A DNA stretch of 64,000 nt, taken from positions 1,036,913 through 1,100,912 of the forward strand of contig NC_068995.1 in the NCBI RefSeq assembly GCF_001194135.2, read 5' to 3'. Shown piece by piece: positions 62,330-64,000 of this stretch. The notes beneath the pieces were generated by a model. The model saw nothing but the letters and a program-made list of their open reading frames with translations, searched no databases and had not been told where the DNA came from. The position numbers and the translations under genes are program-made. Source of the DNA: Octopus bimaculoides (lineage: Eukaryota). The first letter of the stretch is position 1, and the number at the start of each line of letters is the position of its first letter.

Positions 62330-62690
62330 TAAGAATAAAACCTTTTGGCTGGTCTTCCTGGGTCTACCCCTTCCACAGGTTCTCTCAGCTGCTAGGGTGT
62401 GACACTTTTTCACACAGCTATCCTCATCCATTCTTGCCACATGACCATACCAGCACAATCGTTTTTCTTGCACACCACAACTGATGCTTCTTAGGTCCAA
62501 CTTTTCTCTCAAGGTACTTACACTCTGTCGAGTATGCACACTGCCATTACACATCCATCAGAGCATACTGGCTTCATTCCTTGCAATCTTATGCATTCCT
62601 CAGCAGTCACAGCCCATGTTTCACTGCCATGTAGCATGGCTGTTCGTACACATGCATCATACAGTCTGCCTTTTACTCTGAGCAAGAGGC
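62330..62690 (-). mobile_element. RTE-clade LINE C-terminal fragment
   Basis: ORF 62315..62554: LREKLDLRSI..VQEKRLCWYGHVARMDEDSCVKKC..GRGRPRKT, the RLRWYGHV.RM..GRGRP motif. Confidence 0.85.
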
Positions 62691-64000
62691 CCTATATATA
62701 CGTAAAAGACTATTTGATAATATCATACTGACATTATATATATATATATAAGACTATTTGATAATATATCATATTGATGAAATAATAAAAAAGAAATAAC
62801 ACTTATTTCTTTTAATAATTTATTTTAGATATGTGTGTTTCTTGCCTCTACTAAATAAATAAATCCCTTTAGTAGTTGTACTAATTAATAGCTGACGACA
62901 CAATTTGTAATTCCTATATATGTCAACTTACCTCCCATGCCCCAACCCCACCCCAACATAAATAGACATTAGAATCAATTCAACTGCCACAGATATATCT
63001 CATGTTTGCTGTGGTTTCCATCACTGTTAATATTTACAACGGTCTGTTTGGAAATGTCAGCATTTCTTTTGCAGCTTTTGAAACGGCAACACTTTGCACA
63101 AAGCTAATGCTACAAGCGCACAGAGGCAAATACAAGCATGCATACAATAATGTGTTACATGCGTACATATTTACACACACACACACACACACACACAAAT
63201 CACCATCATTAATCATTGTAGAACATCCATTTTCCATGCTAGCATGGATTGAATGTTGACAGTGTTTGATGAGCTGCATCAGGCCTTGATGTCAGCTTTG
63301 GCATGGTTTCTACAGTTGGATGCCCTTCCTAACACCAAAACACATGCATGCACATGTGCCACAACAAAATTACATAGAGTTGGAATCACTCCACATATTG
63401 TTAATAACTTTGAGAAAGATAAATCACATCTCTCAGGCCTCATATCTATTACATATATCCACACATACAAAGTTTGCTTTGTATAAAAAGAAATAATAAT
63501 AATAATAATAATAATAAACTGCATCAAATTTTATCATAAGGATAATAATTTTAGTAGGAGAGGGTTAGTTGATTTACACTGAAACCCCACCCCACTGTTG
63601 TTAAATAGTATTTCGCTTTAATCCCCTCAAGGTTCATAAAATAATGAGTTTGTGGCAGGATTTGAACATAAAGTACTAGAAAAAAATACTGCAAAGCATT
63701 TCTACCAACATTTTAATGATTCTGTTACCTCGTCGTCCTGATAACAAATGCAGGTTTATAATTATTATTATTAGACACCTAGCTAACCTAAGTCTTCACA
63801 AATATGTGTACCAAATTCCACAGACTTTACCACAACCTGAAATATATAAACCAAGTTATGAAATAAAAAAAAAAATTTTTAATAATTAATTAGTAGGCCT
63901 GCCACACTGTGCCCATCCCATAGAAATTAGATGTATCTTAGTTTTAACAGCCCACCAAACGAGCTTTAGCTATTGTTCGCTATTCTGGCAATACTCACAG

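Noticed and set aside
36100-64000. Candidate CDC34 exon 1 or nested protein-coding genes
   Set aside because: No plus-strand match to the reverse complement of GGYFK|GT with FGPP upstream. All recognisable ORFs here are LINE relics or simple repeats.

Overview
AT-rich, microsatellite-dense eukaryotic DNA with about nine N-gaps. The SINE, LINE and MITE content and the intron-rich genes point to a coleoid cephalopod, most likely Octopus (inference, not a database match). Three protein-coding genes can be built by hand from splice signals and protein motifs. (1) A complete 5-coding-exon Canopy/CNPY2-type ER saposin-like protein on + (11379-15677, 240 aa, long acidic tail ending NEEL). (2) An intact, intronless ODF3/SHIPPO-repeat gene on - (19935-20714, 259 aa), convergent with CNPY2 and possibly a retrogene. 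(3) Coding exons 2-5 of a CDC34/UBE2R ubiquitin-conjugating E2 on - (28784-36085). Its exon 1 was not found, so the intron above 36085 exceeds 27.9 kb and runs off the window, and its stop codon is obscured by a gap. The rest is transposon debris: two Penelope-like fragments (RT and GIY-YIG), CR1-, RTE- and REL-type LINE pieces, at least three SINE-like families, and mariner-, hAT- and piggyBac-like MITEs. Structure not explained by the genes includes a cluster of four hairpins just 3' of CDC34 (one pri-miRNA-like), an 83-bp inverted repeat in the CDC34 intron, a fold-back element with a telomere-motif palindrome core, a 5'-inverted RTE insertion with a target-site duplication, and a CpG-decay contrast consistent with gene-body methylation. 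No prokaryotic features, CRISPR arrays, rRNA or true tRNA genes were seen, and I found no clear novel multi-gene system. TE boundaries are approximate to within tens of bp.
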